Part shown: positions 1-13,015 of the stretch, piece by piece
Numbering within the stretch: position 1 is the first letter of the stretch
Layout: each line of letters begins with the position of its first letter
Assembly: GCF_964355755.1 (NCBI RefSeq)
Contig: NC_092675.1
Coordinates: 17,146,912 to 17,210,911, forward strand
Length of the DNA stretch: 64,000 nucleotides
DNA from: Antedon mediterranea
Taxonomy: Eukaryota > Animalia > Echinodermata
Reading direction: 5' to 3'
The notes under the pieces: model-generated
Databases searched by the model: none
The model's input: the letters and a program-made list of their open reading frames with translations, nothing else
Told to the model about the DNA's origin: nothing
Position numbers and translations under genes: made by a program

Positions 1-339
1 TATATACAGTGATTAATACAAACACTCAAAACATACAATAATTTAAGTTACATATAAAATTTTTTTTAATGCACTTCCTCATACTACTGATACAGTTATA
101 ATCCCAGCCTGGGCTAATTAATGAGCATCCCCAAGTATAGGTGAATTACATGCATAATAATTCTATTCATTAGCTCAATTACCCAAATATTGTGATAAGA
201 GTACTGTAGTACAGAATACAGTAGTGGTAGGGTAAATTTTACATTAATATTTTATTCAAATTATTTAGGTTAAAATTACAGTATGTACAAAAAGGGTAAT
301 AAAGAGTATATTTATACAATGTAGCAAGGTTTGTGTATA

Positions 340-435
340 ATTCCACTTGGTAAATGGTGTGCTTGATTGAGTATGGGTGACTTTGAACCTGATACTTTTT
401 GCTTATAAGGTGAGTGCCCTATCAACTACACCTGT
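340..435 (-). mobile_element. Degenerate tRNA-derived SINE head
   Basis: The reverse strand reads ggtgtagttgatagggcactcaccttataagcaaaaagtatcaggttcaaagtcaccc, with A-box-like and B-box-like (GGTTCAAA) motifs at tRNA spacing. No intact cloverleaf. Confidence 0.4.
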
Positions 436-1691
436 ATTCCGCTCTGCTCTTTCCTCTCACATAATCTCTGAAGTTTATTGACATACTGTGCTTTAAGTTA
501 TAACGAATTATGAGATCATATCTGCTATTTATATAGGATTAGTCTGATATCCCATAAGAGGCTGGTGTTAACACAACAATATAAAGTTAAATGGTTATAC
601 TGTATATATAATGATAAGAAAAATAAGTATTTATATACTGTAATGTATTGTATGTTACTTTAGCTTCTGTTTGCTTTACTTAACAAAAACTACTGTATAC
701 AGTTACTATAGTTTGCAATTTAAGAACAGTAATATTTTAAATAAAAAATCTAACCTCAACAACAAAACATTTATTGTTTTGCAACTTACAAATATTCATT
801 ATTTGTTTAGCAAACATTCTATTAAATTTAATATTAAAAATATGTATATAAGAATTATAGATGTGAACCTGTTTGTACTTTTTAAAAGGTACAGTATAGT
901 GTTGACAACATAACATTCTCATAGGCCAAAAGAGCAAATTGTGTACCTTGAGAATAGTTAACAAGACCTTGCCAATAGTACCTACTGTACTGTTTAGTCC
1001 CTTTAGATTGCCGCTGTATGTAGTGTATGATATAATTTATAGTTTTGTATTTAATGTACATTTGCAGTGCAGAGGTTTTTAAACAATTGACAGAGAAAAA
1101 GAATAAGGAATTGAACTGCAGTAGAAAAAAAGTAGATAGTAATTTATGCAGTCTGGATGGTGGCGACAAAAGAGCATCAGGAATAATATTGACTGATAGC
1201 AGACAATAAATGGTACATGCATTCCGCTCCATTGATGGAAACGCTATCCAGAGAAGGAGGGGCCTTTGGCAGTTTGCCAGATTTAAACTGGCTGAATCCA
1301 GTCTACGATAATAATACTGTATATTGAATCTTGTTGCTTAGTACCACTCGGTGAAATTGTATTGACAATTTCTATTTAAAATGCAAAATTTATAATATTC
1401 TATGAATTAATTTTCCGGTAAAATGTTTGCAAATATTATCTAGTTTTAATATTTAGCATTAAGCTTATTAAATATATTTTTAGTCAATATAATTGATGTA
1501 AATGTACTGCAACAGCTTTTGGTTTCATTCTCAATAGCTATTTCAAAAATCAATAATATTTTGTTTATATTTTGGCTCGATGAATCGTATGTCGTAGTTG
1601 ACTCAAGCGTTTACAGTAGTTAGACCAGCATCATTGTTTACAAGCGAGTATGAATTTTGAAACGTCTTTAATAATCTAATAATTTTTGAGG

Positions 1692-4600
1692 ATGATGGAT
1701 GAAGAAAAGATTGAAATTGATGTAGTAAGTACACAAATTAATAACTGTAAATGATTGTAATTATTTCATTAAAATAAATAGTAAAATAAAAAAATGTAAT
1801 TTGACTGATATTAATTAAAGCATTAAAATACATTGCATACAGTTAAAATTGTTTGCATTTTATAAATTGTCTGGAAATTAAATTAAATTTATTCCTAAAT
1901 GACAATTTTTATATTTTGAAGCTGTCATTCAAACTGCATTATGTTTAATGAATGGTCCAATTCAACACCTGAATTATAATGGATTTTAAAGTCAATATAC
2001 TGTAGTCTCGTACTGTACTTTGAATGTTTGGTCATGTGACATTCCGTAAAGTTGTGACGTTTAGTCATCGTGACTTTGGGAATGGCCAGATGTCAAAATT
2101 ACAATATCATCACTTCTCTTCTCTTGGTTACTGGACAGTATTTATAGTTTTGTTCAGACTAATCACTATCGGTATTAAATTGTTTTAATTACAAATTTAG
2201 TAAAAAATTATTCTAAAATAAATGCTTATTGGCAAAAACTGTCAGACACACATGGAATAATTTTGCCAGTGTACAGTACAACCTATACAAAAACAACCTT
2301 ATTGCTACACATTTCTGAAATTGTGTAGCAAAAAAAAAAATACAATACAAAACTATGTTTCTCGACTAAAAAAACAATTATATAATTAACAATTATATTG
2401 GTAAACAAAATTTTTCCCTGTAAATAGTTTTTCACATTAGATTGCTAGGCTTATATATTGCAATTGAAACTACAGTAGTTATAGCAATGTTACTGTAATT
2501 TGTAAATGATTAATAATAATAATAGACAGTACTGTAGAATATACTGTAAGTAAGTAATTAATTTATTATATAATTTCCCCTTTTTAAATGAAATAAAATA
2601 TATTTATTTTACATTCGTTCGTGTAATGTAATGTAGTATCAGTATTATTTTGTTAATATTAATATGTTTCTCTTTCTAATTATAACAAGTAAGTGTTTCT
2701 AAATTTATTTCAATGAATGATAATAATGAATTAATAGAATATACAGAGTACAGGTACAGTAGCTGATTGAAGAATTGGCATAAATACTGTACAGTATCTC
2801 TGAATTTGATTATTGATGTGAATATGAGGTCATTATCATTGTTGATTTCGTGCACTACTGTACACATGTTGTTGTTAATTGCATTTTCAAGTTTCCTAGT
2901 CTGGATTCAATTTGTTTTAACAGGAAAATGGTGGGGAATCGGACCACTGGTGATACAATAGGCTTTTGAAAACACTACATATCTTACAGTACTCTGGTTC
3001 AGAATACAATTTACTCACATGAACTATTTGTAGGAATGCGTCTCAATATTTATTGATCAATTGTACACATAGTCCATGGGATTTAGCTAAAAAATGACCC
3101 TTTTCTCACACAAATTGCAAGAAAAGGTTTTTTTGATGAAATGTGTTCTTTAGACCCTACTGAACATATTTATCAACGTTAGGACATTTTTCGACAACGG
3201 GAAGTAGCCTAATTTGCATAATTAAAAATGGCCGCCATTTTTGATAACGTACTCTGTATCTTGAAAACCGCTAGTCACAGATACTTAATTATGGTGTCAA
3301 AATCGTTAGAATATATGTTTTTATATTCACTTTATTGAAAAAGTTTGTCCAAAAATGAATGGAAGTGCTATTTCTAACATTATTGACCTTTGACCTTGAA
3401 TTCTCATATCTCAGCAAAAAAACCTTTTCTTGCAATTTGTGTGAGTTAAAAGTCTAAATCCCATGGACTAACATAGTGGTAGTAAATATTACAATTATAG
3501 CATTTTCGTAGTTACTAAAATACTGTATATTGATTGGTTTTTTTTTTCAGGCTTTTATAAACCACGCTTTCTAACTTCATACTATTTTAGAATACCATCA
3601 TATTTTGTATATTTGGTACATAATTCCCACCGGCTATTGTACAAAAACCTATAAAATCTTGTCAATATTTATTTGTTTTTTGTGTTCTGTATATTTTGAT
3701 TTCATAGTATTACTATACAGTACTACTGCATTTGTAATAATATTTAATGTTTACTTGCTCCATTTTGATGCGAGACACGATTGACGAGACACTACAAATT
3801 GCGTTTTTGTAGCAATTCAGATTTGTGATTGGTCAGAGCATAAAATTAATAACTACAGTAGGTAGTGGAAAAGCTTAATAATAACGCATCTGTCGATAAC
3901 AAGTATGGTAGATTCTAATGGTAAAGGATTCAATCAATTGAAGTGTGCCATTCTAGCTTACTCATAGTGAGGTACTGTATATTTAAGGGGTGTTCAAATA
4001 CAGTATTCTTATTTATAATTGAAATGCAAGTCATTGGATGGTAGTAATAATATAAATACTGTATGCTCATTGTACTGGCCAATAAAGATCTAATAAAACC
4101 AAGCCTACAGGATACAGTAGTATTATTTGTAAATTTGTTATATTTTTATCGGTATACTATATAATAATGTGAAAAAAAAAGATTACTGTATGCACAACTA
4201 CTGTTTCATTATCTGTTGGCCAAAGCCTAATGCAACTTGCTGCTGTGAGAAATCAGTTCTCTTTATTCTGTGGTCTGAAATACCAATCATACCAATTGTA
4301 TGACAAAAAGATTTTTGTGTTTCAGTAATAATAAAGTCTGGGATAGAACATGAACGTCAGCATCAATGCCACATGCTGGGACCTTACATTTTTGTCATCG
4401 TTTTAAATTGCATATTTTCAATGATGAGTTTTTGTTAACATTGAACATCGGTAATCATCAATTTTATAAATCAAAAGAATGTGTTATTTATTTAAAAAAT
4501 TGTATTTAAATAAACATTTGATTTTAAATTTATTGGTTAAAACCAGTTTGATTAATAGAATATTTTTTTCATTTTTCTGTTGCAGATTGTAAGCCTACCT

Positions 4601-7600
4601 TTACAACCTAATATAGAACCTAGTGAAACTAAAGAGGAATTTGACGATGACGATGAAGATACAGGACGTGATAGCTGGGGCGCCCATTTGGAGTTTCTTT
4701 TGTCTTGTTTAGGTTATGCCGTTGGACTTGGAAATGTGTGGAGATTCCCATATCTGTGCTTCTCCAACGGAGGAGGTAAATGAAACCCAAATTTTATGTA
4801 AACAAAATGGGAGTTTTTGTGCATGTGTTTGAAGATGAAGGCAACAGCTGAGTACAGTATGTTGAAGTATCAGTTTGGTTTTTGTCCGCAGCAGTATGTT
4901 TAATACCGTAGTAAAGTTATGCACATTACAGTTTACACCACATCCATTTTAGTATCATACTACTGTAAACCCACTGGTGATACTTGGCTGTCGAATTATT
5001 TGGGGTTTTTCCCAGGCAATTCAATGTTGTCAAGGAAGTCTGTATTCCAATAAAAAGTTTTTTAATATGTATTAAATTAAATCTATTGTAGACAAGCGAT
5101 GAATACGGATTGTTATTTCAACACTTATCGAATGTTTGTAAACAACAGTATGGAGGTGAATGCGTTGAATAACAATATTAGAATGAAAGGAGCCTTGCAT
5201 TGAAGCGCCATTAAGTTAGTCTCGCCAAAATATGATGTGCTTGATGCATCCAAAAAGCTGGTGGTCATATTAAAGTACACTGTATAAATAAGAACCCCGC
5301 CCTAAATGCTTGATAATATACAGTATAACACATGAAGATACTGTAAAGGCAGCAAGCTGTGTACAATAGCACAATTTGATATTAAAGGCTTTTCAAAATT
5401 GTTAAATACTTTACAATATGCTTTCTTAAAAGAAGCAAGGGGCTAATAAATAATAACAAAGTGTGCACAAGAGAGGAATAAGTGTTTACAGGTGATTGTT
5501 GGGTAGGATATAAAGGTCAAAGGTTGTTTTTTTTTAAGATTGAATGATTAAATTAAGAGGTACTGTATACCCTGCCCTAGGGGTCAGATAAAAGATTTGG
5601 CTTCTCCAAGATTTGTAGTCAAACGCAAAGAATATATATTATCATTTAAACAAATTTTAGGTCCTTCATTTAAATTATTTGGTTGTGTTTGTGATTAAAT
5701 TGAGTATAGAAATTAATCAATCATTTGGCAGAAAACAAATTAAATTAAATACTGCACATACAGTAGAGTACAGTATTGCTTCTTTTTGGGGTAAAACTAT
5801 AATCAAGTTACAGTAAAAGCAGATTACTTTAAGAAGTATGTACAATGTACTTTCCGGTTCTTTAGATTTTATCTGTTTTAATTTTGCCTGAAGCATCAAT
5901 CCTTTTTGTGTCCATTGTTACTCTCCACAGACTTATATGCATGCAAATTTACAGTAACAGGGTAAAGAAATACCTTGTATTCAGGCCTTTTCTCCCATAG
6001 TAGCCCCAGGTTATGGCAATGTATTCATAAAGTGCAATCATTTGTGATTCCAGTGTAGAAAAGGAATAATATACTACTACGCCCAGAACAAATAGTATGC
6101 AGTTTTTCAATGCTATATTATATAGTATAATTATTAGCATATTTTTTATGTATACAACAATGCAGTATAGTGAGTTGAACGTACTTTGTAAACTTGAAGA
6201 TTTTGAATCTTTATAAACAACAAAACAAAACATACAGTACATAACTCTATATGTAACTCTAATCATACAGTACTAGAATTGTTTTTTCTTTACCATTTTA
6301 AACCAAATTCATGTATGTATATGCATACATTAGTAACACATACATATTTCCATGGTAACCACATCAGCGAAGATTACAAAATTGAAACAATGCAAATTTA
6401 CTGGAAGATGTAACTATCAGTAAAAAACGTTTTTAATTATTACTATAGCATTGATATTTAACATACATTGCACTACTAAAGTTCAGTGTGTAACTTAGTG
6501 GCCTATTCATCCTTGCAGTATTTTTACATTTCCTCCTTTTGTTGCCTGTATATTTTGAGTAAATTGTAATGATGCAGTCAGTCTGTGAATGTTTGGTTTG
6601 ACGCACTAACAAGCATTTAGACTATGCTCTGCGCAGAAATTTGGCTTATTGCCAAGAAAAAGAACCCTAGCCGTTCAATGTTTTTACATGGTAGACTAAA
6701 TCATTCCGTGGTTAACGAGCATTTTAAGCATATTGGCTGTGAAATGTGACGTATATGTTTAATTAAAGGTTGTAAGGTAGAGTGTACATTCCAGAATCGA
6801 ATACACTAGACGTTATTGTATGTCATATGATATGGCTTGCAGTATACAGTACATAGTATTAATAGTCTAATTTTCACTAGAAGTAGTAGACACTTCTCGT
6901 TGCCCAATAAGGAAAGACTATTCTCATATCAACATCGTTTATTTTATGGTTATAGTAAATTTGGGAAAATAGTTTGTCCTGTGAGCAAGGTTGAAATTGA
7001 GAATGATAGTGAATTAAATTACTAACTGTATGGCTATCCTTGCCAATTTGCATAAATAAGAATTTAATAATAAAATAATAACACTTCAATTGCATGTTTC
7101 TAATTAATAAAGATGACATTCTGCAGATGCATACAAATCATACTAGAAAGTGGTAGATTTAAGTTTTAAAAAGACGCTTTATTTACCCAGTATACTGTAC
7201 TGTACCAATGTAAGTAAACCATTTGAAAAAAATGAACTTATAGTAGTAAGCGTGAACAGAATGAGTATACTTGTAGATTGTAAATATATTACACATTATT
7301 AAAATGGTCAATCTCACAAATTCGTTTGTTTCTTTAAAATACATTTATATGTATTTATATAATTTAAAACCATACAAAAAGATGAGAGGTTAAAAGCTTG
7401 TTTTCATAAGGGACAGGTATTTTGATTAAGATGGTAATATGAAAGTGAATTATTTCATTTTTTTTTTTGCATTACAGGTGCGTTTCTGATACCATATGTA
7501 TTGATGTTGTTGTTTGCTGGTTTGCCATTGTTTTTCTTGGAACTTGGTTATGGCCAGTATTGTAGTCTTGGGCCAATCACTGCATGGAGATCAGTCCCAA

Positions 7601-10600
7601 TGATGAAAGGTAGGTTTTTAACAATTTTCATTTAATGGTCAAAAAAGTAGTTTAAAGTTAGATACCATGTTGTGTATCAATACCGTATCTTGAGTGTCTG
7701 AAATATGAAACAATTAAAATTTGTTTGAAGGCAACAATAGATGACTGAGTATTGCTAGTCATTTTTCAGCAATTTGCTTTTTGTTTGTTAATGGTTTGTA
7801 GCCACCAGAACGTATTGCAATGGTGTACAGTATTTTGAATTGAGATTGTTTGGAAGAGTGTGTACAAGCCATTTTTTCATTGGTTAGATTACTGTACTTA
7901 CAAATTTCTGATCATGTGTATTGATAAAATATGCAAATAGATTTAAATGTATATTTTATCTTTTTAGGTGTTGGGTATGGCATGGTAACTGTGTCATTTT
8001 TGGTGTGTATATATTACAATGTCATCATTACATACACTATATACTATCTGTTTTCATCGTTCACATCCACGCTTCCGTGGATTGGGTGTTCGAACGACTG
8101 GAACACACCGTATTGTAGTGAACGTTTTACCGATTGTATTAATGGAGGCGGTATCATCGATAACGATGGAATTTGCATCATGATTGCCAATATGACGGTC
8201 AACGAGAAAACCTTTTACAACCTTAGCTCCGATGGTAACATCACAGATGCTTATACTGACCCATTTAAGGACATGCGAAAGCTGCCTAGCTATGAATTCT
8301 ATAGGTAATTTATTTTTCCAATAATGTTTCGCTATAGATTTGTTTACTAAGCCTATCTCTGCCTTCTTTGCAAGGGCCTCATCGGGCCTGGATAACATCT
8401 AAAAAATAGCTTGCCAACTTTGTCCATGCTTGTTTATTGGATAGTCCTTATATAACATTACATTTAAGAAAATATATTTATGATATCATAAAGCAAGTTA
8501 AAGTAAAGAGTTAGTGCCAGCACATATTAATGAAGACATTTTACTACTACTATAGATTATATTTTATACATCAGGAGTGTGGAGTAGATATTTTTTTTAA
8601 ATATAAAACCCAGCAGTTTGAGTGACACTACACAGTATACCTGCAATGTTTTACAACTGTGTTACATAAGTAGCCAACTGAGTTTCTTGCGACAAATTAT
8701 TTAAATGTTCATTTTTATATTATTACAGTATTTTATGTAACAATTAAAATAGCTACCCAAATTGATATTTAAAACCCCTCCTTTGAGATATACCTACTCA
8801 CACCCCTATGATATTTGTTTGGCCCTAAAGGTATCTCCTTTAATAATGGTTTTGTTGTACTTTGTAAAGTCACAGAATTACCAATACGTGTGTGTTTATT
8901 ACAGGCATGAAGTTCTTCAGATCACAGATGGCATTGGAAATCTTGGAGGTGTACGATGGCAACTTGCACTCTGTCTTTTATTGGCTTGGTTCATTGTTTT
9001 CTGCTGTCTAGCTAAAGGAGTCAAATCCTCTGGAAAGGTGAACTAGGTTTTTTATATCAATAATAAGACTATAAGTAAATGTTATCCTTTATCATAAACA
9101 TGAATGATACTTGGTTGTTGAAAAGTAAATACATTTTGGTGATATTTGATAACAATTTCTTATTGGGAATATTTAGCGAAAAGACTAAATATTATTTCAA
9201 TGTTAAAACCGTTATTTTCATTATACAATATACCACCATATGTTGTTCAAGGCTGCATTAGTTTTGCTGGCCTCTTTCTAGTTTAGGTCACATTCAATGA
9301 ATGACCCTTTGTACTCTTTGCAGACTAATTGCAAACAGTTGTGTAGCTGTCTGCTTATTTATCCACCAATCAGAATGCTTCACACTCGTGCTCAATGAGT
9401 GGAAGAACAAGATTAGATCTTTACTTTATAGAGGGAGCTATACCTATTTATTACTGTATCTCATTCAATATATCAATCTATATAATATGCCTTCCACTAA
9501 TACATTTTGCTTTTTTTAAAAATCATATTGCAACATAAAATATTACTAAGACATTATTATGTATATATATATAACATTTGTTTTAAATTTATTTATTAAA
9601 AAATTTGGCAAAGCACACAGAACTTTGAAGTGGGAGCTTCTTAAGCACTGTCTAAACTATCATATGTGATAAACAAAATGTGATGTGCCCATATATGGAC
9701 ACGATGTCATATAACTACTATATTTTGGCACACTTTTGATAGTGTGGACAAAGCTTAAAACCACTTGATAAACAATATAAATAATATATGTAAGAAGATG
9801 TAAATAAAAAAACTTTTCCTTTACTTACAATGTACAATAAAAATTGTTTATATCAATTTGCATTCTTCATACTACTTTGTTGTTTTTCAGGTGATGTATT
9901 TCACAGCGACTTTCCCATATCTTGTACTTTTCATTCTGTTAATCCGTGGTCTTACATTAGATGGTCACAGAGAGGGTATCGCATTCTTCATCACTCCTAA
10001 ATTTGAATTGCTTAAAAACCCCAAAGTATGGAAAGATGCCGCAGTTCAGATATTCTATTCTCTGTCCGCGTCCTGGGGAGGACTTATTACGTTGTCGTCG
10101 TTCAACAAATTCAACAACAACTGTCTGCGTGATGCCATGATCGTGCCAGTCTTGAATTGCCTCACAAGCATCTTTGCTGGATTTGTGATTTTCTCAATTC
10201 TCGGTTTCATGGCCAAAGAGCTTGGCAAACCTGTTGAGGAAGTTGTTGATGAATGTGAGTTGAACCAGTTGTACCTACAAAGTTCAAGGGTTTACTATAT
10301 TGTTTAGAAAGTCAACGATTCATTATTTTTTTTCAATGAGATAGATTTCATCATATTTATAATCGATAGCCAAATAAAGAATACAGTATAATCCCCTGCG
10401 TTTGGCACACCCCTGTTTAGGGGACACGAACAGGGGAAATTTACGATTTTTAACACTACGACCCACCTCTATTCAAGGCAGACCCCTATTTAGGGGACAG
10501 TACACAGTATTTCTATAAATGTCGTAATTTTAATTTATTTATACAATTTCTTTTGTTTTTGTTGAACAGCATTTGGTCTTGCATTTATTGCATACCCGGC

Positions 10601-12793
10601 AGCAGTAGCAAAGCTGCCTGTTTCGCCGTTGTGGTCTGTGCTTTTCTTTATGATGTTGCTGACACTTGGATTGGGTAGTGAGGTAAACATTTTTAAATTT
10701 TGACCCATGGCTTGTATCATAACAAAACTTATATCTGAGTGTATAACATGTGCATATCGTGTAAGCCTTGTTGGTAAGAAATCTTAAGTAATAGTCTCAA
10801 GCTATTTATATGGAAATTATCGTAATATAATTGTAATTGTTCTGTGTCTATAGATTGTTATTGTTCAAACAGTGATGACAGCCATTATTGATGAATTTCC
10901 AAAATATTTGAAGAAAAGGAAAATCTATGTTATTGGAGTGATTGCCATCATTGGTTACATTATTGGATTGCTCCTTGTAACCAGGGTAAGAGTTAATATT
11001 ATAATCTAATTTAATAAGTAGTTGAGCTGTAGCTTGGTTGTTAACATGCATGCCTTCCAATCCAAAGGTTCTAGATAGTATCAGGGGTGTAACTCATGAA
11101 TCTTTCACTCTACTCCCTAAGCTTCAAATGATAATTATAATCGCAATAAATTATAGAATAGTTTATCCATCCTGTAAGTATGAGGGAGTTTGTGCTCACT
11201 GAGTCTTACTTTGCTCCAACTTGTCAAGTCCAACATGCAGGATTTTGCTAATATTTATGTATTTTTTTTTAGGGAGGTAATTATTGGGTGATATTAATGG
11301 ACAAGTATGCGGCTGATTTTGCTTTGTTGATCTATGGTCTTTGTGAATGTATTGGACTTGGATGGCTTTATGGTGTAAAGAGATTTATCAATGACATACG
11401 CTCTATGATTGGGGATAAACTTGTCGATTTCCCATTGTTTATGTGGTGGCCAATCAACTGGACAGCACTCACGCCAGCTGTGTTGTCTGTAAGTATTTTT
11501 TTATTGAAGTTTTTTAATTCCGTGGGCTTTAGGTTGCTCTGAACATTCTTGTGTTACTTTAAATTATTAATATAGAAATATGTGTTTGACACACCCAAGT
11601 GTACCCTTGCAATTTGATTGGTAGATTTTATATCTTCATTATATTATATACTTTGTGTTTGAATAGCATGACACTTTTTTTTACAGTTTGTTCTGTTGTT
11701 CAACTGGATTTCCTGGTCACCACCAACAGCCGGTGATTATGAGTTCCCACCATGGGCTCATGTCATTGGATGGCTTATGATTATTTCAACGCTCTTCTGG
11801 ATTCCACTATTCATGATAATTGAATTCCGAAAATCAAAAGATGATGATGTTACTCTGCTAGAGGTATGTTTTCCATATTTGTTAAACTGTGGCATAATCA
11901 TCGAGGAAATATATATATATATATTACTGACTGAAAAGTAACAGGAGAGGGAACCAACAAGATGGCGGCTGTAAATCTGTTCAAAAATATTTAGTCTAAC
12001 ACGTATTCTTGTTAAAGCACATTGAAGTTTTCAAAAATTAAATATGCAATATAATGAATAATTATGTAATAATATCTATAATGTGTATAGAGAATCATAT
12101 AGAATGCGTATGTTGATCTGCTCAATACTTATTGTACTGAGAATTGAAAGATTACCTCTCGCACTGATATTCTCAACACAAGCGTGGTAGTGTGCGACTA
12201 CATAGGGGCATATCAGTTAGTTGATTGCAGCCGCCATCTTGGTTCCCTCTCCATGAACAATCATTATTTGGACTGCTATAACTATAATATTGGAGAAGTC
12301 CGCCCTCTAGCCAATCTATAATACCTCGACTTTTAAAGTAGATGGCTGTGATATCATATGTAATAGTGTACCATTTGCATAATTTTCATAAGCATGATTG
12401 ATGATGTAGGGAAATTTGACTATTGTTGGATGTATGAGTAGATTAAAAGTGAGATCTTTTGTAGGCTGGCCCAGTTGCCCATTTTGTAAACAACTGATCC
12501 ACTTATTTATTTTAGTGCAGTAGTTAACAAAATGTAATTGTTATTCTAAATAGCGATTTAACGTGATGAAGACATCGAGACCCGAGTGGGGACCTGCATT
12601 AAGAGTAAACAGAAGACACGCTGCTAATGTTCACAAACAATATGGCACAGTAATGGGAGGAAGTACCGAAACCAGACATGCTGCTAGACATGCTGCTAGA
12701 CCTGCTGCTAGACCTGCTGTTGGTGCCAATAATGAATACTCCAAAATTAACGGTATCCCTGCAAATGGTGAGGAACCACCAGCTAATGTATGA
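1692..12793 (+). CDS. SLC6 sodium/chloride-dependent neurotransmitter symporter, glycine transporter (GlyT2/SLC6A5)-like, about 688 aa. Exons 1692-1724 (tentative), 4586-4775, 7478-7609, 7968-8304, 8905-9037, 9891-10254, 10570-10682, 10854-10985, 11273-11488, 11687-11863, 12554-12793
   Basis: All introns are GT-AG with consistent phases; the joined CDS is 2067 nt with no internal stop. Motifs: TM1 [47 protein letters not shown]6 [26 protein letters not shown] (Trp typical of glycine transporters), C-terminal PEWGP. The first exon [11 protein letters not shown]|gtaagt fits by phase only. Confidence 0.93.
3070..3470. mobile_element. MITE with TIRs and 3-bp TSD (aca)
   Basis: tagtccatgggatttag...ctcacacaaattgcaagaaaaggtttttt is mirrored by aaaaaaccttttcttgcaatttgtgtgag...ctaaatcccatggacta. 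aca flanks at 3067-3069 and 3471-3473. Confidence 0.8.
11942..12255. mobile_element. Degraded MITE with CATGG-type TIR
   Basis: ca-ggagagggaacc..aagatggcggctg is inverted against cagccgccatcttggttccctctccatg. No TSD recognisable. Confidence 0.55.
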
Positions 12794-12949
12794 ACTGAAT
12801 GCGTGGTTGAACATGAACCTTATGTATCCAAACAAGTGTAGAAACAAAAACAAAGAAAAATCCCAATGGTATAATATAAGTTATTATTACCTGTGACATT
12901 TTTTTATCATTTGGTTATGGTGGCTGTCCGCAATTCCAGTAAATTCCTA

Positions 12950-13015
12950 GAATATGTGACCATATTTTAACTGAAAATATGTGACCATATTTTAACTAGG
13001 ATATGTGATCACATT
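12950..13015. repeat. Short tandem repeat (about 25-bp unit, 2.5 copies) downstream of the SLC6 stop codon
   Basis: aatatgtgaccatattttaact is repeated. Confidence 0.7.

Noticed and set aside
11025-11080. tRNA-like sequence in an SLC6 intron
   Set aside because: No complete cloverleaf or intact B box; at most a decayed SINE head, not a tRNA gene.
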